This document shows positions 11,610-23,334 of a stretch of DNA of 64,000 nt, piece by piece; within the stretch, counting starts at the first letter, position 1; each line of letters starts with the position of its first letter. Source of the DNA: Felis catus (lineage: Eukaryota); NCBI RefSeq assembly GCF_018350175.1, contig NC_058368.1:52702001-52766000 (forward strand). Direction: 5' to 3'. A model generated the notes under the pieces. The model made no database searches, was not told the origin of the DNA, and was given only the letters and a program-made list of their open reading frames with translations. A program made the position numbers and the translations under genes.

Positions 11610-12340
11610 AAACGTGCTTTAACGGGCTTCATACACGCCACACAGGTGGCAAAGGGGCGTAAAATACTGTTGCGAGTCCTTACTGACGAGGCCTCCTTCG
11701 ACGTCGGAGTCGGCCGGCCGGGTGAGGCCGGCGGAGCTAACAGAGCCGCCTGGCCGCCCTTCCTTCAGACCCTAGGCCGCTGTCATCCCCCTCCAAAAGG
11801 CGCAGAGGATGAACCCAGCAACCACGACGCGTTCCCTTAGTCCCCCAGGACGCGGCCTCCCAGCGCCTGAGGAGAACGCGGGTAAGCGTCTGCACCCATC
11901 TCCCCGTCCCCGCCACACACGGAGACCGCCCTCGGCTCCGGAGGGCGACTTCATACCCGACCCTGTTTCGAGAAGTGCCCAGAATCACCCATTACCTTCC
12001 CCAAGCAAATGTGGCACGTGATGGGCAGAGTGAGCGACAATGTAACGTTCTGCACGGTCTGAGCCATGGCAGCGTTCAGAATCCCGCCAACACGGAAGTC
12101 CCGCCGACGGCGGCTCCTAGCCGCGACTGGGGCCGCGCGAGGCCGGCTACGGCAGCCTGGCAGGGCCACAGCCCGCCGGGAGAGGAAACGAAAACGCGCT
12201 TTTGAAACGTGCGGCCGCCACGGCTTTTCCTTTCCTTCTTTCTCCCTCCCTCCCTCCGGAGCTTCCTTCCTTTCCTCCCTTTCTTACTTTCATTCAAAAA
12301 AAAAAAAAAAAAAAAAAAAAGGCCCCGGGTTCGGAAGCTG
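11610..12340. promoter_or_regulatory. OBI1: CpG-island, TATA-less promoter of OBI1
   Basis: The only strongly GC/CpG-rich segment of the window, spanning exon 1. ETS-type CGGAAGT at 12093-12099, GCGGCCGC at 12211-12218, TTTGAA at 12201-12206, followed by a pyrimidine tract and A25 (12296-12320). Confidence 0.9.
11996..12067 (-). CDS. OBI1: OBI1/RNF219 coding exon 1 (72 nt, 24 codons; start of the RING domain)
   Basis: The minus strand reads GCC ATG GCT CAG ACC GTG CAG AAC GTT... = MAQTVQNVTLSLTLPITCHICLGK, matching the mammalian OBI1/RNF219 N-terminus as I recall it (first RING CxxC = CHIC). Strong Kozak GCCATGG, a phase-0 donor AAG|GTAATG at 11995, and a surrounding CpG island. Confidence 0.96.
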
Positions 12341-13179
12341 CAAGATTCTTGAGAATGAGGAGGAAGGCGGTTTACTATGGGCATCGATGGAGTATCTTGA
12401 AAGTTTAAATGAAAGAGTAACAGTGCAGAGCAGAGAGGAAGATGGGGAAAGCGATTTTAAATGCCTTACTCTTCCCCGGAGGGTGGGTGGAAGTTTTCTG
12501 CCTAAAAATTAAACCCCACACAGTCTGCAAAAGCACGGCGCAGTCAAAACAGGAAGAGATAAAATGTTATGTATACATTTTAATTTTCAAAAAAAAAAAA
12601 ACCAAAAAACAAAAAAACCTTTCTGCCGCTCTCAGATCTTTTTCCATTCTGAAATGATGCGATGTTCCTTAAAAACAACAAACAGTGATTGTCTCTTGAT
12701 CTCTTTCTGAGACGATTTGGATACATTTAATCGCAGGTTTCCCTGAAGGCTTGCTTTTCGTTGGTCCTTCTGTGGTTTCTAACGGAGACTAAAGGGTCAG
12801 AGCCACGAACTCTGATTTACACGTCCAAGTGAGAAAGCTGCAAACAGTGCCAGCCGTCCATCCTCTGGAAAGCACTTGAACAAGCCTGTGAAGCCTTCAT
12901 TTCAGGTGCGTGGTTTGGATAAGCTGTAGAACTCGGAAGGAGAATGTGTGAGGTTCTAAGTTAGCATTTCCTACTAGTGAAAAAGAAAAACTCTAAAAGT
13001 TCCTTCATGAATCTCGAATGTAACAGATTTGGAATTTAATTGTAACTTACTTTAAGTGAGGGCCAATGTGATTAATTTATGCAAACAAATACAATTTGTG
13101 AGTAGAGAGATTAAAAACAAAACCAATGGAACTACTTCTACCGATCTTTGGGAAAATGACACAGACGGTATAATTAGAA

Positions 13180-13312
13180 GCAGCATGTGGTCAAAGGAAA
13201 GGGTTTCTGGATCTGTACGGGACGGTAGAAATCACTGTCCCAACAACTTTCTGGCTCTACTGGCTTCAGATAATGTATTTGACCTTTCTGCTTCTTAGCT
13301 TCCTTCTTGGTA

Positions 13313-13363
<51 letters not shown>

Positions 13364-13430
13364 CGCGCGCGCGCGCGCGCACATTAAAAGAGGTCAATGT
13401 ATGTTTACTATAATGTCTCAAAGAAACAGA
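13180..13430 (+). mobile_element. MIR remnant hosting the (GT)n(GC)n tract
   Basis: gaagcagcatgtggtcaaaggaaagg...gacctttctgcttcttagcttccttcttggtaaa. Confidence 0.5.
13315..13380. repeat. (GT)20(GC)13 compound microsatellite
   Basis: Direct reading. Confidence 0.97.
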
Positions 13431-14518
13431 CAATAATGAGACTGGACCAGCCTGAAGAAGCCTAAGTCCAGTTCAAAATCTGCTCACAGGTGACAGTGAA
13501 AATTCTTTGAAACATCTCAATAACTTCATTTCCTGGGAATTGGAGGCCATCATGCGTTTGGAATTGGAGAACTAGGGAAAACTGCCTGGTTATTGGCCAC
13601 TTTTTCAAAATGCCTGGCATAAAGTCACTTGGTTTGGCTATTTTTTGGCTTTTTGAAGTCATATTTTTATGGAGTCTGGAATTCACATGTTTTCCTAATG
13701 CATCATTCCTGGCCAAGAGTGTAGATGTTAGGCTTCAGAATGAGACAGCTCCAGGTGGATACCCACTGTCATTCAAGTTTCATCTTGTCCCCAGCCTGCT
13801 GTGTTCTTCCTATTCTCACCTCACTGATAGCTAAGATGGTATGTTAGGACCTGTCATTCCCACCCTTTGAGTGGGATGTAGGACTGAGAATGTTTTGCCT
13901 TTCACATCCATCCCTAGAAACTGCAGCAGGGAGATATGTTGAAGACATTTTTTTTGTGGTTGTTTTGTTAGTTATTGGAGCAAATTCATTTCTTGTTAAT
14001 CACCTCAATGATTGGTGTTAATACGCAGTCACAAAGCTGAGTTTAAAAAATCATACCCTACCTTTTAGGTAAAATGTCAAAACCTAGACTCTTCCCAACA
14101 TCTCTTTCCACATTCACTGTCATTGTCACGGCTTCTTGGTGCTTAGTGCTTTGTCCACATAGTTATTTCTGTGTTGATCACGTTGTATTATATTTGGTTA
14201 TGTGTTTGCCCCCACAATAGACTGTTTCTTGAGGTCAGAGATTGTGTATGATATCTAGTATCTGGTACTCGGTGACTGTTCCACAAAAGGTAGTATTTTC
14301 TTTAGCTACAGACACAGGCTGCTGTAAAAATTGCCTTTACTTGTTTTTCACTTCAAAATGGAAGACTTTTTAAAAATTTGGTTTTTGCTAATTATAAATT
14401 TAATTTAAAATTAAAAATTAAATTATAATTTAAAAAATTACCTTTTTGCTAATTATAAAAATAATAAGGCTCATCTTAAGAAAAGTAAGCCATTTTTAAA
14501 TATATAAAATAATAAGCA

Positions 14519-14640
14519 GGGGTGCCTGGGTGGCTCAGTCAGTTAAGCATCTGACTTCAGCTCAGGTCATGATTTCATGGTTTCTGAGTGCAAGCCCCAC
14601 ATTGGGATCTGTACTGACAGCGCAGAGCCCGCTTCAGATC

Positions 14641-14690
<50 letters not shown>

Positions 14691-14755
14691 GCCCCTCCCC
14701 TGCTCACTCTCTCTCTCTCAAAAATAAGTAAACATAGAAATAATAATAAAATAAA
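14519..14755 (+). mobile_element. Can-SINE
   Basis: Full copy with expanded (CT)n; TSD ~taataagc on both sides. Confidence 0.95.
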
Positions 14756-16379
14756 CTAATAAGCCAAATTTCTTCGGTACTAACGCCTCACTTTTCTATC
14801 CTGTGTGGTAATCACTGTTAAATTCTAGAACATACCCAAACATTTTAAGTCATGTACATGTGTATAACCACAAATAGGATCATACCATAACGTACCTGCT
14901 TTTTGTTTTTTTAACTAATGTTTGGTGGATAGGTACACACGCGTACATATCTAAATAATACTGTTAGCAATGCAGGTTGATTACGACTCCCTCTAGGCCC
15001 AAACTGATTGCATGCCAATTCCCAGGCTTTGCTTTTGATAATGCAAATGGTTTAAGGCTAGGAACTATCCTTTCCTTCTGCTCTATGAACAGCATTTCCT
15101 TTTGTTGACAAATCATGTTCTAAATAGATGTTATTTGGCCAATTTTGTTAAATTAACGCTATTACTCTAATAGAAAAACAAAGATTACTTGGCTCATTGA
15201 CTTCCTGCTTAATCTCTTTCTGGACTTCCTAGTAGCCTTATGGAGAGTCCTGTGACCCAAGGAATTCTGTCAGATATAACATCTGAGATGGGCTAAAGCC
15301 CCCTAAATTCTTAGAATTATAAACTTCTACAACTAGAAAGAATCTAGGGGTTTTTTTTTTTAACAGGTTTCTCCTTTCAGAGATGAAGATATTGAGACCT
15401 AGAGAGATAAACCACCAGGAAATGGTAGATTTGGAACTAAATCCTAGATCTCACTTGGATTCTCTGAGATTGTTGGCCCCATGCCTTAGTGTAAGTGCAA
15501 GATGTATTATTATTAATAAAGTAGTTCAGTAATAAAAAGTCAGTTATAATTGAATTTCTTTGCTAAGAAAACCATCAAATAGCTATGGAACACCTTTTAC
15601 CCCTTGTTTAAATCAGATTCATTTTTATGATAAATTATTTAAAAGCAAGTTTAAAAAAATATAAAATCTTAAGTGCTATTAAAAATTGATTAGGCATGCA
15701 TTATTCTTTCATTGACCCAGTTCAGATTGTTTTTTAATTTTTTTTGGTCAAAGCTAATAAATTTGAGTAGATGTTTCTGACAGACATTTTGTAATCATTT
15801 GGTCATCAGTCAATTAATCACAACTTCATAAATATTGATTTCAGATTATATTTATTTTTCATTCCTGAAAGACAATCTTTTTTGTTGTTGTTTGTTTTAA
15901 ATTTATACTCCCCCACTTGGATTGTGGTTAACACTGAGGAAACTCATAAAAGTTAGATTAATTTAAGCATAGGTGCTGGCCCAGCCGCATGGACGTCAAG
16001 AATGGTACTGCCTTCTCACAGGCTGCAAATTCTGAACTAAAATGTCTTAAGATAGTGGCATGAAAGATGCTTGTTACTACTATAGCAAAAGAACTTGGGT
16101 TTTTCTTGCAAGATTTTTGTTTTTGTTTTTGTTTTTTTAAAGAAAAGACTACTAAAAGTTAGCCTGCATTCATTTAATGTACTTCTATTAAAAACATTAA
16201 GGAACAACTAATTCAGACAATGTTCTGCCTCATGGAGCTTTCATTCTAGTGGGAAGGTTCTACTGCATTGGCTTGGAGCCAAATCTTTGCCTCTTGAGTA
16301 GCAGTTGAGGTTTTAATGCTGAATTTGCATATCAAGTTTGTATGTAAATCACAATATAAGTGATTGCGAAATGAATTAA

Positions 16380-16432
16380 TAAATGAATGAATGAATGAAT
16401 GAATGAATAAATAAATAAATAAATAAATAAAA
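16380..16432. repeat. (TGAA)n(TAAA)n microsatellite
   Basis: Direct reading. Confidence 0.9.
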
Positions 16433-16477
16433 TTAGTTATCTGTTGTTCCATCAATATTTAAAAAATTTAAATGGCT

Positions 16478-16510
16478 TTTTAAAAATGTTTATTTAATTT
16501 TGAGAGAGAG

Positions 16511-16558
<48 letters not shown>

Positions 16559-16720
16559 CGGGGGAGGGTCAGAGAGAGAGGGAGACAACAGAATCAGAAG
16601 CAGGCTCCAGGCTCCGAGCCGTCAGCACAGACCCCGATGTGGGGCCCAAATCCACAAGCTGTGAGATCATGACCTGAGCCGAAGTCGGACGCTTAACTGA
16701 CTGAGCCACCCAGGCACCCC
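16478..16720 (-). mobile_element. Can-SINE with an internal (GT)n expansion
   Basis: Reverse SINE ending ...ccacccaggcacccc; (GT)n at ~16514-16556. Confidence 0.95.
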
Positions 16721-17854
16721 TAATTTTTTTTTTATATGCCAGGCACTGGTCTAAAAGCTGGGTGTACAGCTGTGAATGCCTGCCTACTTTTATTCATTCA
16801 ACAACCACTTCACTGACTACCATTGACATGCCAGCCACTGTGCTATTAATGAGCCACTTTATAAATGGAACCACTGAGCCCGGCTCTTCTATTCTACCAT
16901 AAAAATGCCTATTCCTACAGTAATTTCTCTTCCGGATGTGCTTATTGTCAGTTAGCCTCTGGCATTGTGACACAGCAAGTTATTGTTTTAAATATTTTAA
17001 AATGTTGCAAATTGGGTGATTGTTTTAAATTAGGTAATTTTTAAAAGAATATTTTAGTTCCACCTAAGGCTAAGTGGTACTTCACAAATGTTTGTTGAAT
17101 GCTAGAGAATAAATAAAGGAAATGTTATCTCTGGGAATATTGTATCAGATTTTAACAGGAACCAGGAGACAGAAAAGCAGTGGGATTTGCCACAGTAGCA
17201 GAATCGGGAACCCAGTTCTGAGATCCTGACTGCTTTTGTCTTTAAATTGCCTGCAGAGCACTTCTTTTTCTTTTTGCCCTTTGTTTAGGAGTTAGCAGAA
17301 CTTCCAAGGTAAGATCCTCCCATAAGAACTTAAAGCCAGGCCCTTGTTTTCAAGTTATTTACTTAAGCCCTATAAATAATGGCACTCCATCTGAGGACAC
17401 CTGTCTTACAAAGGCATCCTGCACTTGGCCATGGAGTCATCAGCGGCTGGCTGCAGCCTTGCCAAGTTGCTTTAGGTAAAGCATCAACACCTCCTTTACA
17501 CACTCAACACTCCCCGTCATTGTTTCAGCAGCTGAGTCATTTATTACAAGTGTTATTTAAGATATGGCTCTATTTCCCCATATCACCATCTTCACCTCTC
17601 TGATCTGTGATTTTTACTTCTTTTTCTCCCCACACCACTCACTACGACAAGTCTCAACTTTTGTCTCTTTCATGAGGCTTTTCTTGCATGCCCGAGCCTC
17701 CTCATAACCCTCTTGCCTTTCAAATTCTGTATCACTTCTAATCTATATCAACCAATTTTGTACCTCATGAATGTATTCTCCAAGCCCCTATTGAACACCT
17801 CCTATGGCTCAAGCACAATGACAAATGCTAAAGCTAAAAAGCTGAAAGACTGGC

Positions 17855-18232
17855 TGGAAGTCTGAGATCAAGGTGTCACAGGCTTGCTGCCTTCCGAGGG
17901 CGATGAAGACGAATCTGTTCCATGCCTGGCTCCCAGCTTCTGGCGGTTTTCTGGCATTCTTTGGTGTTCCTTGCTTGTAGAAGCATCACTAAGATGCCTA
18001 CCTTCATCTTTATGTGGCTTTCTCCCTGTGTGCATGTCTGTGTTCTAATTTCCCCTTTTTATAAGGTTGGCAGCATGGATTAAGGGCCCGCCCTACTTCA
18101 TTACCACCTCATCTTGCTTAATTAGTTATATCTGTGATGACCTTCTTTCCAAAGAGGGTCACATTCTGACATAATGGGCTTAAGACTTCAAAATATGAAT
18201 GGGGGGGGGGGCTGCACAACTCAACTTGTAAC
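17855..18232 (-). mobile_element. MaLR LTR (MLT1C-like)
   Basis: ctggaagtctgagatcaaggtgtc...gaatctgttccatgcct...ccaaagagggtcacattctga...caacttgtaaca. Confidence 0.8.
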
Positions 18233-18269
18233 AGTATCTGTGAACACTATTTAAAATGATGTCCAACTC

Positions 18270-18595
18270 CCTACCTTCAGGGCACATGGTTGGTCTGCTA
18301 GGCCTTGCCCTCCTGTCTGTGGTGGGAGCCTGGGTCTAGTTTAGCAAATAAGATACAAGTAGAGGTAATGTGGTTACTTCTTGGCTGGAGCATTTCGTTG
18401 TCTGTTTGAGGTTGCTGAGAGCTCTCTTTCCCTCTGCCGTGGTGACCAATAGCATGTAAGATGGAACATATACCGAAAGCAACATGGAACGAGCTTTGAC
18501 TCTTGATCGGCAAAGAGCCTGAAAGAAAACTGAACCTTTATTATTATAAGTGACCAGGTTGTGTTACTATATCATAACCTAGTCTTTCCTGTTAC
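18270..18595 (+). mobile_element. Old MaLR LTR remnant (MLT1H/J-like)
   Basis: tttagcaaataagatacaagtagaggtaatgtggttacttc...aactgaacctttattattataagtgacc...ataacctagtctttcctg. Confidence 0.5.
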
Positions 18596-18628
18596 AATAA
18601 CTTTGAGGGATATGATTTATTTGTATTT

Positions 18629-18801
18629 TGCTAAGGGCTGAATTGTGTCTCCCCAGAATTTATATGATGAAGCCTACACTCTCAATGTGACTGTATCTGG
18701 AAATAGGGTCTTCAGTAGGTAATTAAGGCTAACAGAGATCATGAAGGTGGGACCATAATCCCATTGGACTGTGGCCTTGTAAGAAGAGAAAGATCTCTCC
18801 T

Positions 18802-18833
<32 letters not shown>

Positions 18834-19078
18834 CCATCTCCCTATTTTTATTTCTTTCTGAATTTTCATTTCTCTCTTTCTCTCCACTCCCCTCCCCCAC
18901 TTAGGGACACATGAAGATCAAGGCCATCTGCAAGCCAGGAGGAGAACTCTCCTCAGAACCCGACCACCTGTGGCATTCTGATCTGGGACTTTCAGTCTCT
19001 GAACTGTGAGAAAATAAATGTCCGTCACTTCAGCCACCCCATCTGTGGTATTTTGTTAGGGCAACCTGAGCTGACGAA
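18629..19078 (+). mobile_element. MaLR LTR (MLT1A/B-like) with an internal (CT)n
   Basis: gggctgaattgtgtctcccc...aatgtgactgtatctggaaataggg...aactgtgagaaaataaatg...ctgtggtattttgttagggcaacctgagc. Confidence 0.85.
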
Positions 19079-19579
19079 GTCACTTTTTTCCTTACTTATA
19101 TTGATTTATATGTTTTCCTACTTATACTTATTTAGACTCTCATAATTTTTTCTTGTGCTTTTTCTAATCTATGAAAAATATTAGTTTTATAATTATAAAA
19201 GATTTAACACTTAAAGAAAATTCCTTCAAAGCATGCATCGTTATGCCACGTATTTTAGTAGATGTGCCACCCAGGTTATCTTCACAATGAACTAAATTCA
19301 AAGGAAAACCAAAATTCAATTCAATTTCATAGAAATGTGTTGAAAGCCACGGCTCTCGTGGCCGCTCTCCTGAAGAGCCTCACACCAATCTCCTACCTCT
19401 CTTTCTGCAGATACAGACTTTTAATGATAACACAAACCATTTCTGTACTTCACGAACTGAAACGGCGATTTGTGGTGTGGCATCGTTCTCAGTCTTCCTC
19501 GACTGTTCCCTGAGATGGAGGTAACTGTGATAAATCGAATGACTGTTCACCAAAATTGGCTTCCGCTCCACTTCCTGGA

Positions 19580-19880
19580 TGAGGATTAGATTGTAGAGTT
19601 CCACCAGAGTGGGGCCAATGAAATGTGAGCAGAAGCGACATAGATCTCTTTCAACCCGAAGCTCTAAGAGCCCGTGCTTTCTTCCTCACTCCTCTCCCCC
19701 TCGCTCTGGGTACTGGCAATCGCTCCCTATGCCTGGGTCACAGGGAAGACAACAGAGGGCAGAGCCTCAGGCCAAGTCCAGTAGACTTGGAACATGAGCT
19801 GGGAAGTCTGTTGTTATAAGCCACCGCGATTTTGGAGCATTTCTTTTTTAACAGCTACACATCCTAGCCCATCCTCACCT
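19580..19880 (+). mobile_element. Old MaLR LTR remnant
   Basis: gggccaatgaaatgtgagcagaagcgaca...ttgttataagccaccgcgattttgg...acagctacacatcctagcccatcctcacctataca. Confidence 0.55.
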
Positions 19881-19984
19881 ATACAACGTTGGGCACGCTG
19901 TGTGAGACTCGGTGTGTGTCGTCTGTGTCTGTACACATGGCACAGGCTAGCTTTTCCTTGGGACGACATGTGTGACAGACACAG

Positions 19985-20400
19985 ACATAAAGCACTCTGT
20001 TCTCCCTTTAGGGGAATCTTGGTGCTGCAGCAGTTGAGGGTATTGTCAGCAAACGTCCTTCAGTTCTCAGTCCTTCAGGGTCTGCCTCAGCTGCAGAGAA
20101 CCATCTCTACCAACGTCATATCCTTCCTAGGCTGGCCCACATCTGGCAGCCGAGGGAGGGAGGATGTAAAGGTCCAGCCAATGAAGGACAGCTCTGTTGG
20201 GTCATTCAGCTCTAGAGCCCCCTGTGAAATCTGTCAGGTGTGGGTGGGCCCGCACCCCAGCCTGGATCCTTCCTTTGCCCAATCCTACTTCCTTCGCTTC
20301 TTGTCCACGGGTGTCGACCGCAAGGGCACTTCCTAACAAACCTTTTGCACATTCAGCTGTTTCAGAGTCTTCTTCCCAGAGAACCCAGTCTGCCCCCAAC
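19985..20400 (+). mobile_element. ERVL LTR (LTR16-like)
   Basis: ctgcctcagctgcagagaacc...ttcctaacaaaccttttgcaca...tttcagagtcttcttcccagagaacccag. Confidence 0.65.
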
Positions 20401-20428
20401 ATGCCTACCTTTAAAGAAAATGAGAGAA

Positions 20429-20432
<4 letters not shown>

Positions 20433-20475
<43 letters not shown>

Positions 20476-20494
20476 TGTGTGTGTGTATACACAC
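20433..20494. repeat. (GT)n(GC)3(GT)n alternating purine-pyrimidine microsatellite
   Basis: Direct reading. Confidence 0.93.
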
Positions 20495-20994
20495 ATATGC
20501 TGCCAGTGGGTCTCTGTGCCTCGTTGTCTCCCCCACTTTCCTCCTTTGGTGACCCATTTGTTCATAAATATGCCATTATTACTAATTAGCTGCAGCCAAC
20601 CTCTGCTCCTGCGGGCCTTGGAGACTGTCTACCTTCCTCTAGCAGGTATGACAAATGTGCGAGTATAACTGGCAGAGTGTGACCTCGTTACTTTGTTTAA
20701 AGTCATTGGGAATAAGAAGGACCATTCAGAGGTCAAGAGGCTGGGCCACTTTAATTTTTGTGTTTTATTTATTTTTAGATTCTTCGGTATATTAAAAACT
20801 GAAAAAATGCCGAGTGTCACAGATTGTGTGGTGTATGCTGAATATTTACATTTAACAGATTCATTCCTTTAGCCTAAAATACAAGGCAGTGTAATTACTT
20901 TCACATTGACCAAAATAATTATAGGATTTATCATAGACTATGAACTCCTGGCACTACAGGTAGTACTGTCTTGTACACGTTTGGGTTTGTTTTT

Positions 20995-21392
20995 GTTTGT
21001 TTTCAATCCATGGGTCACATCCCCCTCAGCGGGCCATGAAATCAATTAGTGGGTGAAGAACAGGGCAACCAAAGTGGACAAAACTCCTTCACCCCCTGTC
21101 CCTCCAGCCAAGGTGAAGTAACTGAAAATTTTTATGTGGGATTTGTGACTGTCCCCTTCTAGCTGATGTAGTCTCCTTATTTATCCCGACTTTCTCCACT
21201 CTTCCCAGGCCTTCTCCTTCACCTCCATCTGTCCTGATTGCAACCAACACTTTAAGAACCTTCCAGTTGCACGCAATGGAACATAAATACACGCTACATT
21301 GCATGTGGTAATGGTTAAAGTATTATTTGTTCTGGGTGGTGATGTAAAGTAGATTTCTTACCGAGGCATGTATTAAAATGTTTGAGAACTAG
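20995..21392. mobile_element. Possible hAT-Charlie relic (Charlie18-like)
   Basis: tttcaatccatgggtcac...gggccatgaaatcaattagtgggt at the left end and ...aaaatgtttgagaactagt at the right end. Confidence 0.4.
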
Positions 21393-21477
21393 TATCTTAA
21401 TGTATATATTTGGGCTGAGTGTTGGATGTCTCCTTTTAATATCATCAGTGTGCTTCTATGATGGAGTATTTATATTC

Positions 21478-21701
21478 TTTTTTTTAAATTTTTTAAAATG
21501 TTTTATTTATTTTTGAGAGAGAGACAGAGAGAGAGTGCGAGTGGGGGAAGGGCACGGAGAGGAAGAGACACAGAATCCGAAGCAGGCTCCAGGCTCTGAG
21601 CTGACAGCACAGAGCCCGACACGGGGCTCAAAGTCACAAACTGTGAGATCATGACCTGAGCCGAAGTCAATGTTTAACCGACTGCGCCACCCAGGCGCCC
21701 C
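21478..21701 (-). mobile_element. Can-SINE (SINEC_Fc)
   Basis: TSD tatattcttttt at 21471 and 21702. Confidence 0.96.
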
Positions 21702-22159
21702 TATATTCTTTTTGAGATGATGTTAAAAGTCAAATTTTGAGTCAGCTGATAAAGGTAAGACTTGGGGCAAAAGAATCTTCTAGTCCTCTTCCAAAAGAGG
21801 CTTCTTTGCCCCTGTTGCCCATTCTTCTTACTCCTTCACCGAAGCATAAAGTTACACATTATATGGTTTCAAGGAATAGTCTAAACCTTGTTGCTGTGAC
21901 TTTACAAAAACTGCGGAGAAGCAAAAGGAAAGGGTCTTTTATTGCAATTTCTTTCTCAGACACATAACCCTAGCAGAGCAACTAAAGGTAACTCAGTGAG
22001 AATGGTGGTTCAGTCCCGCAGATCTTCCTGGTGGACATACTGGTAAATAGCTTGCCATTCTTCCTGTTGTATAGTTAGAAAATTGAGGTTCAGAGAGGTA
22101 ACAAAACCACATAGGTATTAAATGCCATAAATAGATTTTCTGACTTGTATTCCAATGGC

Positions 22160-22680
22160 TGTTTATTCAACAATAATTTGTCAAGGATGCGCTATGTTCT
22201 GGAAAATATGTGTTAGGCCTGAAGGATATTGAATTGAGAGAGACATGGTGTCTGCCTTCAAGGAGCTTAATCACTCTGGTACTAAAAGTACCTTTAAAAC
22301 TCAATCAAAATATAGTAAGATAATATAGCCGTAACAGCTACCACTTATAGAGCACTTATTCTGGGGGCAGGTGTGGCATCTACACAATGCTGTGGAGACC
22401 GTGAGAAGAAAGTCTCTTTCAGGGTAGGGATCAGGTAAGCTTTTGCATTCCTGGGAAAGGATAGCTGGAATGTCCGGTAGCCAGAGGAGACAGCACGGGC
22501 CCTCAGAACAGTGGGAACTGTGTGTACAGAGGAAATGGCTGGGTGACAGAGAGCCTTCTGTTACCAGGATGCATGCACGACTTTGGCTATGCAGTAGGGG
22601 AAGGAAATCAGGAATATTCCGGAATTTCTACTTGGACAGCAAGGTGGGAAGGTGGGATGGAGGCAATTACTGAACTTGAA
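22160..22680 (-). mobile_element. L2 remnant
   Basis: tttattcaacaataatttgtcaagg...gacatggtgtctgccttcaaggagctta. Confidence 0.6.
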
Positions 22681-23179
22681 AAGTTTGTTTAAGATTCCGT
22701 GTTGGGATCTTAAAATGGATATTCACTGTCCAGAAGAATTAGCACGTTCTAAACTGTGAGGTTTGTATTGGTCGTAAATGACTAGGTTGCAGGAAAAGCT
22801 GGTGAAAGTCAGGGTTTTTTGTTGTGACTGGCTTTGCAGAATTTGTTTGGAAAAGAAGAATACATCTGGGGATACTTCAATATGCAAACTTTTCCATGGA
22901 GGGCTCTTGTCTCTTGATTTAAATTCTATAGCTAAAAGATTGAGGAAATAAGAGAACTCAGTTTTAAAATGTTTATATAAATATAAGAAACCAATGCAAT
23001 AGGTGGACAATGGAGAGGTAATTACCAGAAGATGCAGTCTTGTTGAATGAAAACAGGATACAGTTGAAAATAAAATTTGTACTGAATGATGCTTGAATAG
23101 CTCTGTCATTACTTTGTTTTGTTAGTCATTATTTGGGTGGATCTACAAGGGATATAACATCATTATGTAAAGATAAATT

Positions 23180-23296
23180 TTTATTTACTTCAAAGATATC
23201 CTTTTTAAGTAATCTCTACATCCAAAGTGGGGCTCGAACTCACAACCCTGAGATTAAGACTCACATGCTCCACCGACTGAGCTAGCCAAGCTCACC
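23180..23296 (-). mobile_element. Short, older Can-SINE
   Basis: tttaagtaatctctacatccaaagtggggctcgaactcacaaccctgagattaagactcacatgctccaccgactgagc. Confidence 0.85.
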
Positions 23297-23334
23297 GAAA
23301 AATAAGTTTTTATGAGTATGAAAGTATAAATCTG

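Larger units (their letters stand above)
1..11995 (-). other. OBI1: OBI1 intron 1 (continues beyond the left edge of the window)
   Basis: Follows the GT donor at 11995. The expected exon 2 peptide (VRQPVICINNHVFC...) is not in the ORF track and I did not find it by eye. Confidence 0.8.

Noticed and set aside
11951..12169. 72-aa ORF suggesting an N-terminally extended OBI1 and read-through to 11951
   Set aside because: It starts at a GTG picked by the ORF caller. The ATG at 12067 has the strong Kozak and the known N-terminus, and residues after LGK are intron read-through.
19794..20336. Longest ORF in the track (180 aa)
   Set aside because: It spans MaLR and LTR16-like remnants; no recognisable domain or exon structure
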